The notes: a model not told the origin generated them from the letters alone. A stretch of 64,000 nucleotides of DNA from Candidatus Roizmanbacteria bacterium (GCA_024654535.1 JANLHL010000016.1:96626-160625), one strand, 5' to 3'; positions 35,694 to 46,224 are shown, numbered from the stretch's first letter. Numbers and translations: made by a program.

Positions 35694-36026
35694 ATGAAAA
35701 AACAATTTTATACCCACCTAATCGAAATAGATACGCTCTACACGCATCTTGATTCCATCACAATTACTGCTACAGAAAAAGACGAACTACTATTGATAAT
35801 TGACTCCACTATTCATCACGTAGTATTAGATGTTGCACTGACACATTTACCACAGCACGCCAAAAAAGATTTTATATCACACGTAAAAAATGAAAATCAC
35901 AAGAAAGCCTTGTTACTACTGCGTTCACATAGAGCGAATATAGAAGAAACCATAAAAAAAGAAATCGACCTATTAATGAATGAATTTAGAAAAGATATTC
36001 TAAAGATACATGCAAGAAAAACTTAA
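35694..36026 (+). CDS. hypothetical protein (110 aa)
   Basis: ORF with its start at the internal Met immediately after the upstream stop. No recognisable motifs. Confidence 0.35.
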   Translation: MKKQFYTHLIEIDTLYTHLDSITITATEKDELLLIIDSTIHHVVLDVALTHLPQHAKKDFISHVKNENHKKALLLLRSHRANIEETIKKEIDLLMNEFRKDILKIHARKT

Positions 36027-36972
36027 TCTCCCAGATAAATTTATTGCTAGGATTCATGCACTTTATAACTCTGAAAATGCGCACGCTATTTTGTCATCAT
36101 TCAACGAAGAAAAGAGTGTGGTTCTACGGGTGAATACACTTAAAACTGATGTTGATACACTTGTCACTCAATTAAAAAATGCCAACGTTACCTCAAAACA
36201 ACTTCCATGGTGTTCATACGCACTTGTTATATCACATAAGAGTACTCGCGAATTAACTGCTTTACCCGAATATGCTCAAGGATTGTTTTACATCCAAGCT
36301 GCATCTAGTCTTCTGCCACCTATACTTCTCAATCCACAACCTACCGATACTATACTCGACATGACTGCATCGCCAGGTGGAAAGACTTCACATCTGGGTG
36401 CTTTAATGGATAATACCGGTACAATCGTAGCAAATGACTCGGGTAACGTACGTATCTATAAACTTATCGACACACTAAAACGCATGGGAGTTACCAATAC
36501 TACCATAGAACATAGAGATGGGAGGGCCCTATGGCAAACGTATCCTGAAAAATTTGACGCAGTACTCTTAGATGCGCCCTGCTCGATGGAAGCACGTTTT
36601 TCAAATGAAACAATCGATGCACTCAATTGGTCAGTAAAAAAGATAAAACACCTCGCTCGATTGCAAAAGTATCTATTGCGATCTGCGCTCTCGTGCACTC
36701 GTGTTGGTGGAGCTGTTGTCTATTCTACTTGCACGTTCTCCCCAGAAGAAAATGAGGCCGTTATTAACTGGGCGCTCACAAAAGAAGAAGGAAAGGTCGA
36801 ACTTTTACCGATAAATATTCCTCTCGTCTCAACAGTTAATGGAATAACGAATTGGCAAAATATAGAGTATTCTCCAACGCTTACCCACACTAAACGCATA
36901 TTGCCATCGAGTACGACTGAAGGCTTTTTTATTGCGGTTCTAAAAAAAATAGGTCAAACTGTACGTCGATAG
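36010..36972 (+). CDS. rRNA cytosine-C5 methyltransferase, NOL1/NOP2/Sun (RsmB/RsmF-like) family
   Basis: 'ILDMTASPGGKTSHL', 'DAVLLDAPCSMEA' and 'GGAVVYSTCTFSPEENE' are the family motifs with the two catalytic Cys. Confidence 0.8.
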   Translation: MQEKLNLPDKFIARIHALYNSENAHAILSSFNEEKSVVLRVNTLKTDVDTLVTQLKNANVTSKQLPWCSYALVISHKSTRELTALPEYAQGLFYIQAASSLLPPILLNPQPTDTILDMTASPGGKTSHLGALMDNTGTIVANDSGNVRIYKLIDTLKRMGVTNTTIEHRDGRALWQTYPEKFDAVLLDAPCSMEARFSNETIDALNWSVKKIKHLARLQKYLLRSALSCTRVGGAVVYSTCTFSPEENEAVINWALTKEEGKVELLPINIPLVSTVNGITNWQNIEYSPTLTHTKRILPSSTTEGFFIAVLKKIGQTVRR

Positions 36973-37011
36973 CGTTATACTATAGTACTATTATTAGTTC
37001 ATATACATATT

Positions 37012-37332
37012 ATGAATAAACCGCAAGACCTTGAGTCCGCTTTTGAATATGTAGGCACAGAGATGCTTGAGATGTTTATAAAAAAACACAAAGATTATGG
37101 GAAAGGCAATATTCTCGATACTCGAGAGCTTGGCATTGCATTTCGTGTGAGTGATAAGTTAAACAGACTCAAACATTTATTAATAAATAGTAAAAATCCG
37201 GTAAATGAATCAATAGAGGAAACATGGGTCGACATAGGGGTATATGCAGTCATCGCCGTCATGTTGCGAAGAAATTGGTTTAAGAAACTTGAGTTAAAAG
37301 AAAAAGACTCTCAAGTCAATCTGAAGCGCTAA
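37012..37332 (+). CDS. DUF1599 (nucleotide-modification-associated domain 1-like) protein
   Basis: 'KKHKDYGKGNI...LGIAFRVSDKLNRLKHLL' matches the K..DYG...G..G...R..DKl.Rl core that I associate with DUF1599. Confidence 0.65.
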   Translation: MNKPQDLESAFEYVGTEMLEMFIKKHKDYGKGNILDTRELGIAFRVSDKLNRLKHLLINSKNPVNESIEETWVDIGVYAVIAVMLRRNWFKKLELKEKDSQVNLKR

Positions 37333-37352
37333 TATGCTATACTACTATAGAC

Positions 37353-38240
37353 ATGGGTAATGATGACACATATAGTGCGCTTTGGGTTTCATATTCGACT
37401 TTGAACGATTTTCTAACCTGCCCAAGGGCGTACTACCTAAAAAATATCTATAGATATCCTCAATCTGGCAATAAAATTGCCCTTATGACACCTGCTTTAG
37501 CACTGGGACAAGCCGTACATGAGGTTATTCGCGCACTTTCTGCCATCCCATCCAGTAATAGGTTCCAACAGTCACCCATACTTTTACTCGATAAGCAGTG
37601 GGAAAAAATTGCCGGTAAAATGGGAGGCTTTCATAGTCAAAAACACGAAGATATATATAAAAAAAGGGGAGAGGATATGATGAGACGTCTACTGAATAAT
37701 CCTGGCCCACTTGCACATTTAACACTGCGACTTAAGAAAGAACTCCTTTCTTTCTGGCTGTCTAAGGAAGAGCAAATCATACTTTGTGGAAAAATCGATT
37801 GGCTTGAGTATATACAAAAACATGACTCAGTACACATTATTGATTTTAAAACGAGCAGAGGATCAGAGGAAGAGGGCTCGCTTCAGCTTCCCATCTACTA
37901 TTTACTCGCTCGTGCAGTACAAAAAAGAAATATCGATGGAGTCAGTTATTGGTATTTAGACAGAAACAATAGCCCAACGCCGATGGATTTACCAGATGAA
38001 AAGAGTGCAAAAGAAACTGTTTTAAGCCTTGCAAAAGATGTTAAACTTGCAAAACAGCTGAATAGATTCATATGTAAACATGGTGGATGTCAAGCCTGCC
38101 GTCCATATGAGAAAATTGCACTTGGTGGCGCAGAATGCATAGGAACCAACGACTATAAGAGAGATGTTTTTATTTTGCCCGATGATAATAAAGACAGCTT
38201 GGTGTCAACAGACACTGAAACTGATGAACAATTGTTATAA
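37353..38240 (+). CDS. PD-(D/E)XK nuclease, RecB/Cas4-like with predicted 4-Cys cluster
   Basis: N-terminal 'FLTCPRAYYLK' (Cys 1), 'GKIDWLEY...HIIDFKTS' (D...D/ExK), 'QLPIYYLL' (QxxxY), and C-terminal 'CKHGGCQACRPY' (Cys 2-4). Confidence 0.75.
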   Translation: MGNDDTYSALWVSYSTLNDFLTCPRAYYLKNIYRYPQSGNKIALMTPALALGQAVHEVIRALSAIPSSNRFQQSPILLLDKQWEKIAGKMGGFHSQKHEDIYKKRGEDMMRRLLNNPGPLAHLTLRLKKELLSFWLSKEEQIILCGKIDWLEYIQKHDSVHIIDFKTSRGSEEEGSLQLPIYYLLARAVQKRNIDGVSYWYLDRNNSPTPMDLPDEKSAKETVLSLAKDVKLAKQLNRFICKHGGCQACRPYEKIALGGAECIGTNDYKRDVFILPDDNKDSLVSTDTETDEQLL

Positions 38241-38251
38241 ACTATACAACT

Positions 38252-39022
38252 ATGAATATACAAACTGTCGTCTCTACACTTGAAAAGAAATATCCTGGCG
38301 CTACTATTATTAAAAACCCAGAACAAGACCCAACAGAGATAATCTGTGAAATTGACCCAGCTGAAAAACATAGCGCGTATAGTACGGCTGTAGCGGTTAT
38401 AGATAAAACACCTGCTCATGTCCACGCTCGCACGGCAGAAATATATTATGTTACGAAAGGCAATTTAACATTGTTTATTGATAATACTCGCCAGATAGTA
38501 CATGAAGGAGAGTATGCTGTAATACAACCGGGCCAAATGCACAGAGCAGAAGGTGCTGAAACATGGTTAGAAGTGTACAGCGAACCTGGTTGGACAAAAG
38601 AAGATCACACCCTAACAAACGTTACACTTGAACCGACTATTGATTCTATATCTTCCTTCAAGCTCCTGGCAGATAATTTTGAAAAAATGTACAACTTCTA
38701 TTCTGACGTATTAAAGCTACCACTCGAAAGTGGTAACAAAACAGGACCATATGCCCAATTTTCCTTTGGTTCTGTAAAGATATCACTTCTTGAAAAAAAA
38801 CATTTATTTACCACGCTTCATCTTCAAGACAACGTTGGCACAAGTCAATCATGCGTACTTACTTTTTCTGTAAACAGCGTTGATGAAATGGAAAAATTAT
38901 TAAAGAATTCTAATGTCATCATACTCTCTTCTGCATCTGATTTTAACGAATGGGGAGTGAGGGCATTGCACATCGCCGATCCAGAGGGAAATATTATCGA
39001 GCTTAATCAAGACCTAAAGTAA
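38252..39022 (+). CDS. cupin domain fused to glyoxalase/VOC-like domain protein
   Basis: Cupin motifs 'PAHVHARTAEIYYVTKGNLTL' and 'IQPGQMHRAEG'. The C-terminal half ends 'GVRALHIADPEGNIIELNQ', typical of VOC/glyoxalase folds. Confidence 0.65.
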   Translation: MNIQTVVSTLEKKYPGATIIKNPEQDPTEIICEIDPAEKHSAYSTAVAVIDKTPAHVHARTAEIYYVTKGNLTLFIDNTRQIVHEGEYAVIQPGQMHRAEGAETWLEVYSEPGWTKEDHTLTNVTLEPTIDSISSFKLLADNFEKMYNFYSDVLKLPLESGNKTGPYAQFSFGSVKISLLEKKHLFTTLHLQDNVGTSQSCVLTFSVNSVDEMEKLLKNSNVIILSSASDFNEWGVRALHIADPEGNIIELNQDLK

Positions 39023-39027
39023 TAATT

Positions 39028-39639
39028 ATGATAGAGCGATTAAAAAATTGGTTTACTCAATTACCCGATAAGAAAAAATACCTAGAGCTTATTACTGCAT
39101 TTTTGACCATTCCAGTGCTATTGACCGTGTTACTAACCAATGTTTCACGTATTAGAGAAACAACTCCACAAACAAAAACAGAGTCACCGACAACGTCTCC
39201 TACGAATGAAATAATTATCCGAGAGATAACAAAAATAGTTGAACCAACCTCAGAATCGACAAGTGCATGTATACCAGAAATTGGGATAGTATCTATAACA
39301 AGCCCAAAAGATGGCGAAACAATAACACAAAATCCTTTTAGTATTGATGTTGAGTACACAAATACACAATATTGCCCTGTCGTATGGTCGTATCGAATAA
39401 ATAGCTCCAGCTGGAGTACATTTACCAATAGATCTATCGATATATACAACCTTGAATCTGGGCAGAAGAAATTGGAAGTAAAAGTAAGAAGCACTATCTC
39501 AAAAGAAGAAAAAGTGCTTTCTCGAGATTTTATGTATGACCCACCATCGAATAAGATCCCCACCCCAACAATAACTTCGACTCCTACCCCAACTATTTCG
39601 CCAAATCCCACTACGTCACCAACTCCTTCAATAACGTAA
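39028..39639 (+). CDS. membrane-anchored hypothetical protein with Thr/Pro-rich linker and tail
   Basis: TM segment 'LELITAFLTIPVLLTVLLT', T/P-rich segments at both ends, and a central beta-rich ~100 aa. Preferred over the fully antisense ORF. Confidence 0.5.
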   Translation: MIERLKNWFTQLPDKKKYLELITAFLTIPVLLTVLLTNVSRIRETTPQTKTESPTTSPTNEIIIREITKIVEPTSESTSACIPEIGIVSITSPKDGETITQNPFSIDVEYTNTQYCPVVWSYRINSSSWSTFTNRSIDIYNLESGQKKLEVKVRSTISKEEKVLSRDFMYDPPSNKIPTPTITSTPTPTISPNPTTSPTPSIT

Positions 39640-39686
39640 ATAAAAAATAGTGTTTGCAATATAAAATATTTATGTATAATACATAA

Positions 39687-40388
39687 ATGGCAAAAACAAA
39701 AAAAGCGTCAGTAAAAAAAATAACTCGTTCGGTTTCTAAAAAAGCTCCATTATTAAATGAGAAGGTTACAGTAGAAGTAACTCCAATGCAGCCGTTTTTC
39801 AAAGATAAGAAGTTCATTTCGATAGTATTGGGTATCGTAACAGTAGCAGTTCTTGCATTTGCACTCCCGTTTCTCCGCAATTTACTTTTCGCTGCATCGG
39901 TGAACGGAAAACCAGTGAGTCGAACTGCCGTTATTTCAATTCTTGAAAAACAAGGTGGAAAACAAGCACTTGACACACTTGTATCAAAAGAACTAATAAT
40001 GCAGGACGCTTCAAAAATGAAGGTTACTGCAAGCGAAAGCGAACTCAATGGAGAAGTGAAAAAAATCGAAGATGGTTTGAAAAAATCAAATCAAAAATTA
40101 TCAGATGCGTTGACAGCTCAAAATATGACAGAAAAAGACCTACGAGAAGAGTTGAAATTTCAACTTATATTGAAGAAGATCTTAGGTAAGAAGATTGAAC
40201 CAACTAAAAAAGAAATAGCCGATTACATAGAGCAAAATAAAGATTCTATTCCAGAAACACTTACAGGGTCTGAGCTTGAATTACAAATAAAAGATCAACT
40301 TCAGAACCAAAAGTTTTCTACAGAAGTACAGAAATATTTGACTGAGCTTCGTGGCAAAGCAAAAATATCGTACTACACTAGCTATTGA
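39687..40388 (+). CDS. SurA N-terminal-domain-like periplasmic chaperone (no PPIase domain)
   Basis: N-terminal anchor, then 'AASVNGKPVSRTAVISILEKQGGKQALDTLVSKELIMQDA' and a helical K/E-rich remainder. TATAAT lies 6 nt upstream. Confidence 0.5.
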   Translation: MAKTKKASVKKITRSVSKKAPLLNEKVTVEVTPMQPFFKDKKFISIVLGIVTVAVLAFALPFLRNLLFAASVNGKPVSRTAVISILEKQGGKQALDTLVSKELIMQDASKMKVTASESELNGEVKKIEDGLKKSNQKLSDALTAQNMTEKDLREELKFQLILKKILGKKIEPTKKEIADYIEQNKDSIPETLTGSELELQIKDQLQNQKFSTEVQKYLTELRGKAKISYYTSY

Positions 40389-40470
40389 GCTTCGTCAATA
40401 AAAGAAGAATACTCTTTTGATTACGATTTAAACTGTAAAGTGTGATATACTTAGCACATATATGTAACAG

Positions 40471-40505
40471 TGCCCTGCGCCGACACGGTTCAGGGCTTTA
40501 TTGAT
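40471..40505 (+). terminator. putative intrinsic terminator
   Basis: GCCCTG(40471-40476)...CAGGGC(40490-40495) stem followed by TTTATTGATTT. Confidence 0.5.
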
Positions 40506-40516
40506 TTAAGGAAAAT

Positions 40517-42340
40517 ATGAATATACGAAACGTAGCAATAATAGCACATGTTGACCACGGTAAAACAACACTGGTTGATACGATGCTCAAACAGACCCAT
40601 ACCTTTCGAGACAATCAAAAAGAAATGCAGCAAGATCTTATCATGGATTCAAATGATTTAGAAAAGGAAAAAGGCATTACTATACTTGCAAAAAATACTT
40701 CGGTATTCTATAAAGATACGAAAATAAATATTATTGATACCCCGGGACACGCAGATTTTGCAGGTGAGGTGGAACGCACTATAGATATGGCAGACGGAGC
40801 CTTACTGCTTGTCGATGCTGCAGAGGGTGTGTTACCGCAAACAAAGTTTGTTCTTCAAAAAACATTAGAAAGAGGCTTAAAACTTATATTGTTTGTGAAT
40901 AAAATAGACAAACGTGATGCTCGAGCAATGGAAGTTGTCCGCGAAGTTGAAAGCCTTTTACTCGAACATGCAACAACTGATGAAGAGCTACACATGCCTA
41001 TTTTATACGGTGTTGGTAGAGACGGTAAAGCATATAAAGAGTTACCAGAAGTCTATAGCAGTTCAGACTCTGCAGATTTAACTGTCTTGTTTGAGACGCT
41101 ATTAACTGAATTGCCAGATGCCTCAAAAGAAGGCCAAGACGAACCATTCCAAATGTTTATTTCTTCCCTCGCGTATGATGACTATGTTGGTAAACTGTGC
41201 ATTGGTAGAATTGCTCGTGGAAACTTAAGCATGGGACAAAGTGTTTCGATGGTAAGCGAGAAGGGGAAAGAAGGTACGTATAAAGTACAAAAACTCTACA
41301 CTACAAATGGGTTGAATCGTATTGAGGTAAATGAAGTCACGACAGGTGATATAGCGACAATAGCAGGTATTGATAATCTTACAATAGGAAAAACGATTAC
41401 AGATCCTCTCCACCCGGATGCGTTGCCAAACGTAGAGGTTGGCGAACCAACGCTGTCGATAACAATCGGACCAAATAGCAGCCCACTTTCTGGAGAAGGA
41501 AGGTTTGGAACATCACGACAAATTAAAGAGAGATTACTGAAGGAAAAAGAAACAAATATAGGCCTGCGTATTGAAGAAAATGCAGGAAGCGCCTACAGCG
41601 TCGCGGGCCGAGGAGAGCTGCACCTTGCTGTGCTTATAGAAAATATGCGCCGTGAGGGATATGAGTTTGAAGTGTCACAGCCGCAGGTCCTCTACAAAAC
41701 AATAGATGGAGTAGTGTGTGAGCCGTTTGAAGAGGTGACTGTAGAAGTTGAAACAGAATATACTGGTGAAACGAGTGAAGAAATGGGTAGACGAAAAGCA
41801 ACTATGGTCGATATGAAGCAAATGAGGGGAAACAAAGTCCGTGTGGTATATCACATCGCCAGTAGAAACTTGCTTGGACTTAGAAATATACTGCTTACAA
41901 AAACCCGAGGTACCGCACTAATTTTTACTATGTTTCTTAATTTTCAGAAGAAACTAAATGCATCAATTAGCAATCGTAATGGAGCCCTTGTTGCAACCCA
42001 AGCTGGAAAAGCGATGGGCTACGGGCTCGCAAATGCGCAAGATAGAGGAAATTTGTTTATATCACCGCAAGATCCAGTATACGAAGGTATGGTTGTCGGG
42101 TTTGCATTTAAGCCACTCGATGTTGAAGTAAACGTTTGCAAATCAAAGCAGCTCACGAATAATAGATCTTCCGGTGAAGGTGTCAATATTCAAGTGACAA
42201 CCCCTGTAAAGTTAAGCTTAGAGCAATACTTAGACAGCATGACTGAGGATGAACTATTGGAAGTGACTCCTATCAACCTGCGACTACGTAAAAGACTTCT
42301 TACTCTGGCAGCTCGCCGCGTCGCAAAGAGAAACGGATAA
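40517..42340 (+). CDS. typA: translational GTPase TypA/BipA
   Basis: '[19 protein letters not shown]', '[14 protein letters not shown]', 'NKIDK', and BipA-type C-terminal domains. SD AAGGA lies upstream. Confidence 0.92.
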   Translation: MNIRNVAIIAHVDHGKTTLVDTMLKQTHTFRDNQKEMQQDLIMDSNDLEKEKGITILAKNTSVFYKDTKINIIDTPGHADFAGEVERTIDMADGALLLVDAAEGVLPQTKFVLQKTLERGLKLILFVNKIDKRDARAMEVVREVESLLLEHATTDEELHMPILYGVGRDGKAYKELPEVYSSSDSADLTVLFETLLTELPDASKEGQDEPFQMFISSLAYDDYVGKLCIGRIARGNLSMGQSVSMVSEKGKEGTYKVQKLYTTNGLNRIEVNEVTTGDIATIAGIDNLTIGKTITDPLHPDALPNVEVGEPTLSITIGPNSSPLSGEGRFGTSRQIKERLLKEKETNIGLRIEENAGSAYSVAGRGELHLAVLIENMRREGYEFEVSQPQVLYKTIDGVVCEPFEEVTVEVETEYTGETSEEMGRRKATMVDMKQMRGNKVRVVYHIASRNLLGLRNILLTKTRGTALIFTMFLNFQKKLNASISNRNGALVATQAGKAMGYGLANAQDRGNLFISPQDPVYEGMVVGFAFKPLDVEVNVCKSKQLTNNRSSGEGVNIQVTTPVKLSLEQYLDSMTEDELLEVTPINLRLRKRLLTLAARRVAKRNG

Positions 42341-42342
42341 CT

Positions 42343-43668
42343 CTACAAAAAGATTGTTGCTAATCCTAGGAACGCCAAAAATCCAAAAATATCAGTTGCA
42401 GTCGTGACAAAGATAGAGCTGGCAACTGCAGGATCTATTCGCATTGCCTGAAGAATAAAGGGAATAAGTGCGCCGAAAAGTCCTGCTATGAAAAGGTTAA
42501 TTACCATCGAAACACCAAGTAATAAACCTATCACCGGAGGGGCATGAAATAGAAGGGCAATAATACCAGCAAGTACACCGACTATTAAACCATTAATGGT
42601 CCCCGCTATTGCTTCACGTATAACAACTCCTCGTGCCTGGTGCCAGTCAAGCTCATGAACAGCTAGCCCTCTTACTACAACAGCTAAAGATTGTGTGGCA
42701 GCATTTCCTCCTTCGCCAGCAACAATAGGCATAAAAACAGCAAGGATAGTGACTCGAGCAATAGTGCTCTCAAACATTTTTACAAATGAGGCTGCTAAAA
42801 ATGCAGTGGCTAAATTTATTATAAGCCACTTATAACGCTTAGACACTTTTACCCCAACAGACCCTAGTGCCGTTTCTTCGGGATTCAAACCGGCGAACTT
42901 AAAAATATCTTCAGTAGCCTCAACTTGAGAGACCTTCAACAAATCACGCAGATGGATAATGCCCACTATTCTTTTATTTTCGTCTACTACTCCCACGACA
43001 TCACCGTGCTCGTGCATAACTCGAGACACTATTTGTTCTTGATCTGCATGTACCGATACTACGGGTAACGTCATCATGAGCGATGTTACGCTGTGTGTCG
43101 GAGAAGTTAGTATGAGTCTTTTATATGGTAAATATCCCAATAACTCTAGTTTTTCGTTGACTACTATGACGTGTGGCGCGCTCTTTTTTTCTGCAATATG
43201 CCTTTGTACTTTTTCTGCGACGTCTTTAAGGCTAAAATCGGGCTTTATGAGAATGAAATTTAAATCCATCAGTCCACCTGCAGTGTCTTTGCCATACTTC
43301 AATAGTTTTTCTATTTGTTTACGTTTTGACTCGATTAATAGTGAAAGCACTTGTGCTCGAGTGTCTTTGGATAAAATCTGGACTACGTCGGTTGCATCAT
43401 CCTCATCGTTGAAATGCAAAAAGCGTGCAATTTGATAGGCTGATAAATTCTGAAAAATCTCTAACTTTGCTGTCCGAGTAAGAAGCAATACAACTTCAGC
43501 CTGTATTTCGGGAGGAAGCAATGCAAATGCTTTTGCACGGCCAATATGTAAATTGTTTACCACTCGTGCAATAATATGGAAATCCTGCTTGAGCATAAGG
43601 CCCTTTGCCTTTTTTGGCTCGTTCGATTGAATATATTCAGATACTTTCTCAGTAAGGGTTCTCTTCAT
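42343..43668 (-). CDS. mgtE: magnesium transporter MgtE
   Basis: MgtE N-domain, two CBS repeats and 5 TM helices, with 'MPIVAGEGGNAATQSLAVVVRGLA' and 'DPAVASSIFVTTATDIFGF'. Confidence 0.9.
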   Translation of the reverse strand: MKRTLTEKVSEYIQSNEPKKAKGLMLKQDFHIIARVVNNLHIGRAKAFALLPPEIQAEVVLLLTRTAKLEIFQNLSAYQIARFLHFNDEDDATDVVQILSKDTRAQVLSLLIESKRKQIEKLLKYGKDTAGGLMDLNFILIKPDFSLKDVAEKVQRHIAEKKSAPHVIVVNEKLELLGYLPYKRLILTSPTHSVTSLMMTLPVVSVHADQEQIVSRVMHEHGDVVGVVDENKRIVGIIHLRDLLKVSQVEATEDIFKFAGLNPEETALGSVGVKVSKRYKWLIINLATAFLAASFVKMFESTIARVTILAVFMPIVAGEGGNAATQSLAVVVRGLAVHELDWHQARGVVIREAIAGTINGLIVGVLAGIIALLFHAPPVIGLLLGVSMVINLFIAGLFGALIPFILQAMRIDPAVASSIFVTTATDIFGFLAFLGLATIFL

Positions 43669-43694
43669 ATCTGCATTGTAACACTAAACAGAAA

Positions 43695-44039
43695 CTAAAA
43701 ACCAAATTGTTCACGGACAATAATCCATATTTTACCCCAGAATCCTGACTTTTGATACGCTTGATACAACGTAGAATGACGTGCATCAGCAGTACCTACT
43801 GCTGGAGGATTGCGCCAAATCGACAAAATAACCCACCCATCATTCTTGTGTAGGGCAATCACAGTGAAGTAGACCGCGCCTATTTTTTTTCGAAACTCAA
43901 CTGCATTATTTTGGCTTGTCCCCGTCGAATCAGGGTACAGTATCGTTTGGCGAACCTCATATTCACTTACTTTTCTATCATTCAAACGCGCTCTTGCATG
44001 ATTAGTCATTATGATTCGTGTATCACTGCTATGTGTCAT
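43695..44039 (-). CDS. DUF4258-like domain protein
   Basis: 'TNHARARLNDRKVSEYEVRQTILYPD' resembles the DUF4258 N-terminus. TATACT lies 7 nt upstream on the minus strand. Confidence 0.4.
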   Translation of the reverse strand: MTHSSDTRIIMTNHARARLNDRKVSEYEVRQTILYPDSTGTSQNNAVEFRKKIGAVYFTVIALHKNDGWVILSIWRNPPAVGTADARHSTLYQAYQKSGFWGKIWIIVREQFGF

Positions 44040-44095
44040 AGTAAAAAGTATACTACAACTGAATGAGCCTGTGAGTTTATGCTATAGTGTTTCGT

Positions 44096-44608
44096 ATGTC
44101 AATCAATAACACACAAACTATAGATTCACCTATTTTAGCAATTGACCCTGGAGTAGAAAGGACTGGCTACGCAATTTTACAGGGAAGTTTTGGCAGTGAA
44201 ATACAGCTAATTGATTACGGATGCATTACGACAAAAAGAAATCTACTGCTTGAACAGCGTTTTTTGCAAATTTATACAACGCTTACGGAATTTATAACCC
44301 GCTATAAACCTAGAGCGCTTATACTTGAGCAACTATTTTTTAATAAAAATCAAAAAACAGTAATTTCAGTAAGCCAATCACAAGGAGTTATGCTTCTTAC
44401 AGCAGCTCAAAAAAATATACCGATATTTTTTTTAACACCACTTCAAATAAAAATGTCACTAACTGGCTATGGGAAAGCGGAAAAAATACAAGTACAGAAA
44501 ATGGTACAAACACTTTTAAAACTAGAAACGATGCCAAAACCAGACGACACAGTCGACGCTATTGCATGTGGTTTGGCATTTTTATTTACCAATCAATCAC
44601 TTTTATAG
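44096..44608 (+). CDS. ruvC: crossover junction endodeoxyribonuclease RuvC
   Basis: 'ILAIDPGVERTGYAIL' and a late 'DDTVDAIACGLAF' catalytic acidic motif. Start set 7 nt after TGCTATAGT. Confidence 0.85.
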   Translation: MSINNTQTIDSPILAIDPGVERTGYAILQGSFGSEIQLIDYGCITTKRNLLLEQRFLQIYTTLTEFITRYKPRALILEQLFFNKNQKTVISVSQSQGVMLLTAAQKNIPIFFLTPLQIKMSLTGYGKAEKIQVQKMVQTLLKLETMPKPDDTVDAIACGLAFLFTNQSLL

Positions 44609-44666
44609 AATCACTACAAGCTACTTTAAATAGGTAACTCCAAATTTTACATTTGATATACTTCGT

Positions 44667-45257
44667 ATGATGATCGGTAAAATACGAGGTACAGTTGGTG
44701 AAGTTCTCGATAAAACACTTATAGTAGATACTGAGGGAGGCGTGGGCTATGCAGTGCGTGTAGCCGAACCAGTATTACTTAGTCTCGAAAAAGACACACC
44801 AATAGAACTCTACACTCACCTGCATGTGCGTGAACAGGAATTGAGTCTATATGGCTTCCTCACGAAAGAAGAATTGAGAATTTTCACCATTCTCATTGAT
44901 ATATCATCGATCGGTCCCAAGTCTGCCATGAACATATTGAGTCACGCAACGCTTGAAAGATTAGTGAAAGCTGTACAAACTCAGGACGTTTCATTTTTTT
45001 CTCAAATTCCCGGTGTTGGTAAAAAAACATCACAAAAAATATTGCTTGAATTGTCATCTAAATTCGGAGCAGAATTTTCTATGGATGCAGTACAGATAAC
45101 ACCAGCTGACCAAATGCTGGTACAGGCACTCATGAGCCTAGGCTTCCAAAAAAAAGAGGCTGTTGACGCAATTGATACTGCAAAACCGACCGGTTCCCTA
45201 GAAGAAAAAATTACGATCTGCTTACAACATTTATCGAAAAACAATGGCAGCGCCTGA
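44667..45257 (+). CDS. ruvA: Holliday junction branch migration protein RuvA
   Basis: 'MIGKIRGTV...VDTEGGVGYAV' OB domain, then HhH 'ISSIGPKSAMNIL' and 'IPGVGKKTSQKILLEL'. Confidence 0.85.
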   Translation: MMIGKIRGTVGEVLDKTLIVDTEGGVGYAVRVAEPVLLSLEKDTPIELYTHLHVREQELSLYGFLTKEELRIFTILIDISSIGPKSAMNILSHATLERLVKAVQTQDVSFFSQIPGVGKKTSQKILLELSSKFGAEFSMDAVQITPADQMLVQALMSLGFQKKEAVDAIDTAKPTGSLEEKITICLQHLSKNNGSA

Positions 45258-46224
45258 TTTGCAACTTCGCCCTCAATCGCTCAAAGATTACATTGGTCAA
45301 GGTAAAGCTAAGAAAGGTTTAGAGCTTTTTATCAGTGCAGCAAAACAACGCGAAGAAAGCGCAGATCATTTGCTTTTATATGGCCCTCCTGGGATAGGTA
45401 AAACAACACTCGCACACATAATGGCAAATGAACTGAATGGCGAAATAAAAATAACTTCAGGGCCAGCTATAGAACGAGCAGGGGATTTAGCAGCAATCCT
45501 CACAAACTTAAAGAATGGCGACATACTCTTCATCGACGAAATTCACCGGCTACCAAAAACGGTTGAAGAGGCACTCTATCCCGTACTTGAAGAATACCAC
45601 CTAGACATAATCATCGGTAAAGGCCCCTCTGCCCGCACCGTACGCCTGCCTGTACCACGCATTACCGTCATTGGCGCTACCACACGAATCGCCATGCTTT
45701 CTTCACCGCTGCGCGACCGATTCGGTATGATACTCAGACTTGAGTATTACACCGAGGTTGAGATAACCAGTATTCTTATTCGAAATGCACAACTTATGAA
45801 AATGCCCCTTGAAGAAAATGCAGCAATAGAAATTGCAAAACGTTCACGAAGCACACCGCGTGTAGCAAACCGCATTTTGAGAAGATCACGAGACCTACTT
45901 GAAACAACGAAACACAAAAGCATAAGCTTACCGCTCGTTAAAGAGTTATTCTCAATACTTGGGCTTGATTCATATGGCTTGTTCTCACAGGATAAACAAT
46001 ATTTAGAAACACTTATCGATACTTTCGACGGAGGACCGGCCGGCGTTGAGACACTTGCAACTTCACTCGCTGAAGACAAACAAACATTGGAGGAATTTAT
46101 AGAGCCATTTCTTTTACAACTTGGTCTAATAAAACGTACACCGAAAGGGAGAATAGCAACTATCAAAGCATATCACCATCTCAGAAAAGAACCGAAAAAT
46201 GAGAGTCAGAAAAAACTCTTATAG
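45244..46224 (+). CDS. ruvB: Holliday junction DNA helicase RuvB
   Basis: 'LRPQSLKDYIGQ', 'GPPGIGKTTLA', 'LFIDEIHRL' and 'GATTR..MLSSPLRDRFG'. Confidence 0.92.
   Translation: MAAPDLQLRPQSLKDYIGQGKAKKGLELFISAAKQREESADHLLLYGPPGIGKTTLAHIMANELNGEIKITSGPAIERAGDLAAILTNLKNGDILFIDEIHRLPKTVEEALYPVLEEYHLDIIIGKGPSARTVRLPVPRITVIGATTRIAMLSSPLRDRFGMILRLEYYTEVEITSILIRNAQLMKMPLEENAAIEIAKRSRSTPRVANRILRRSRDLLETTKHKSISLPLVKELFSILGLDSYGLFSQDKQYLETLIDTFDGGPAGVETLATSLAEDKQTLEEFIEPFLLQLGLIKRTPKGRIATIKAYHHLRKEPKNESQKKLL

Noticed and set aside
39057-39659. 200-aa ORF fully antisense to the 203-aa ORF at 39028-39639
   Set aside because: Its composition (V/G/I/F-rich, mirroring the T/P-rich sense protein) is typical of a shadow ORF. 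The sense strand fits the local operon orientation and gives a plausible TM anchor plus PT-rich linker protein.
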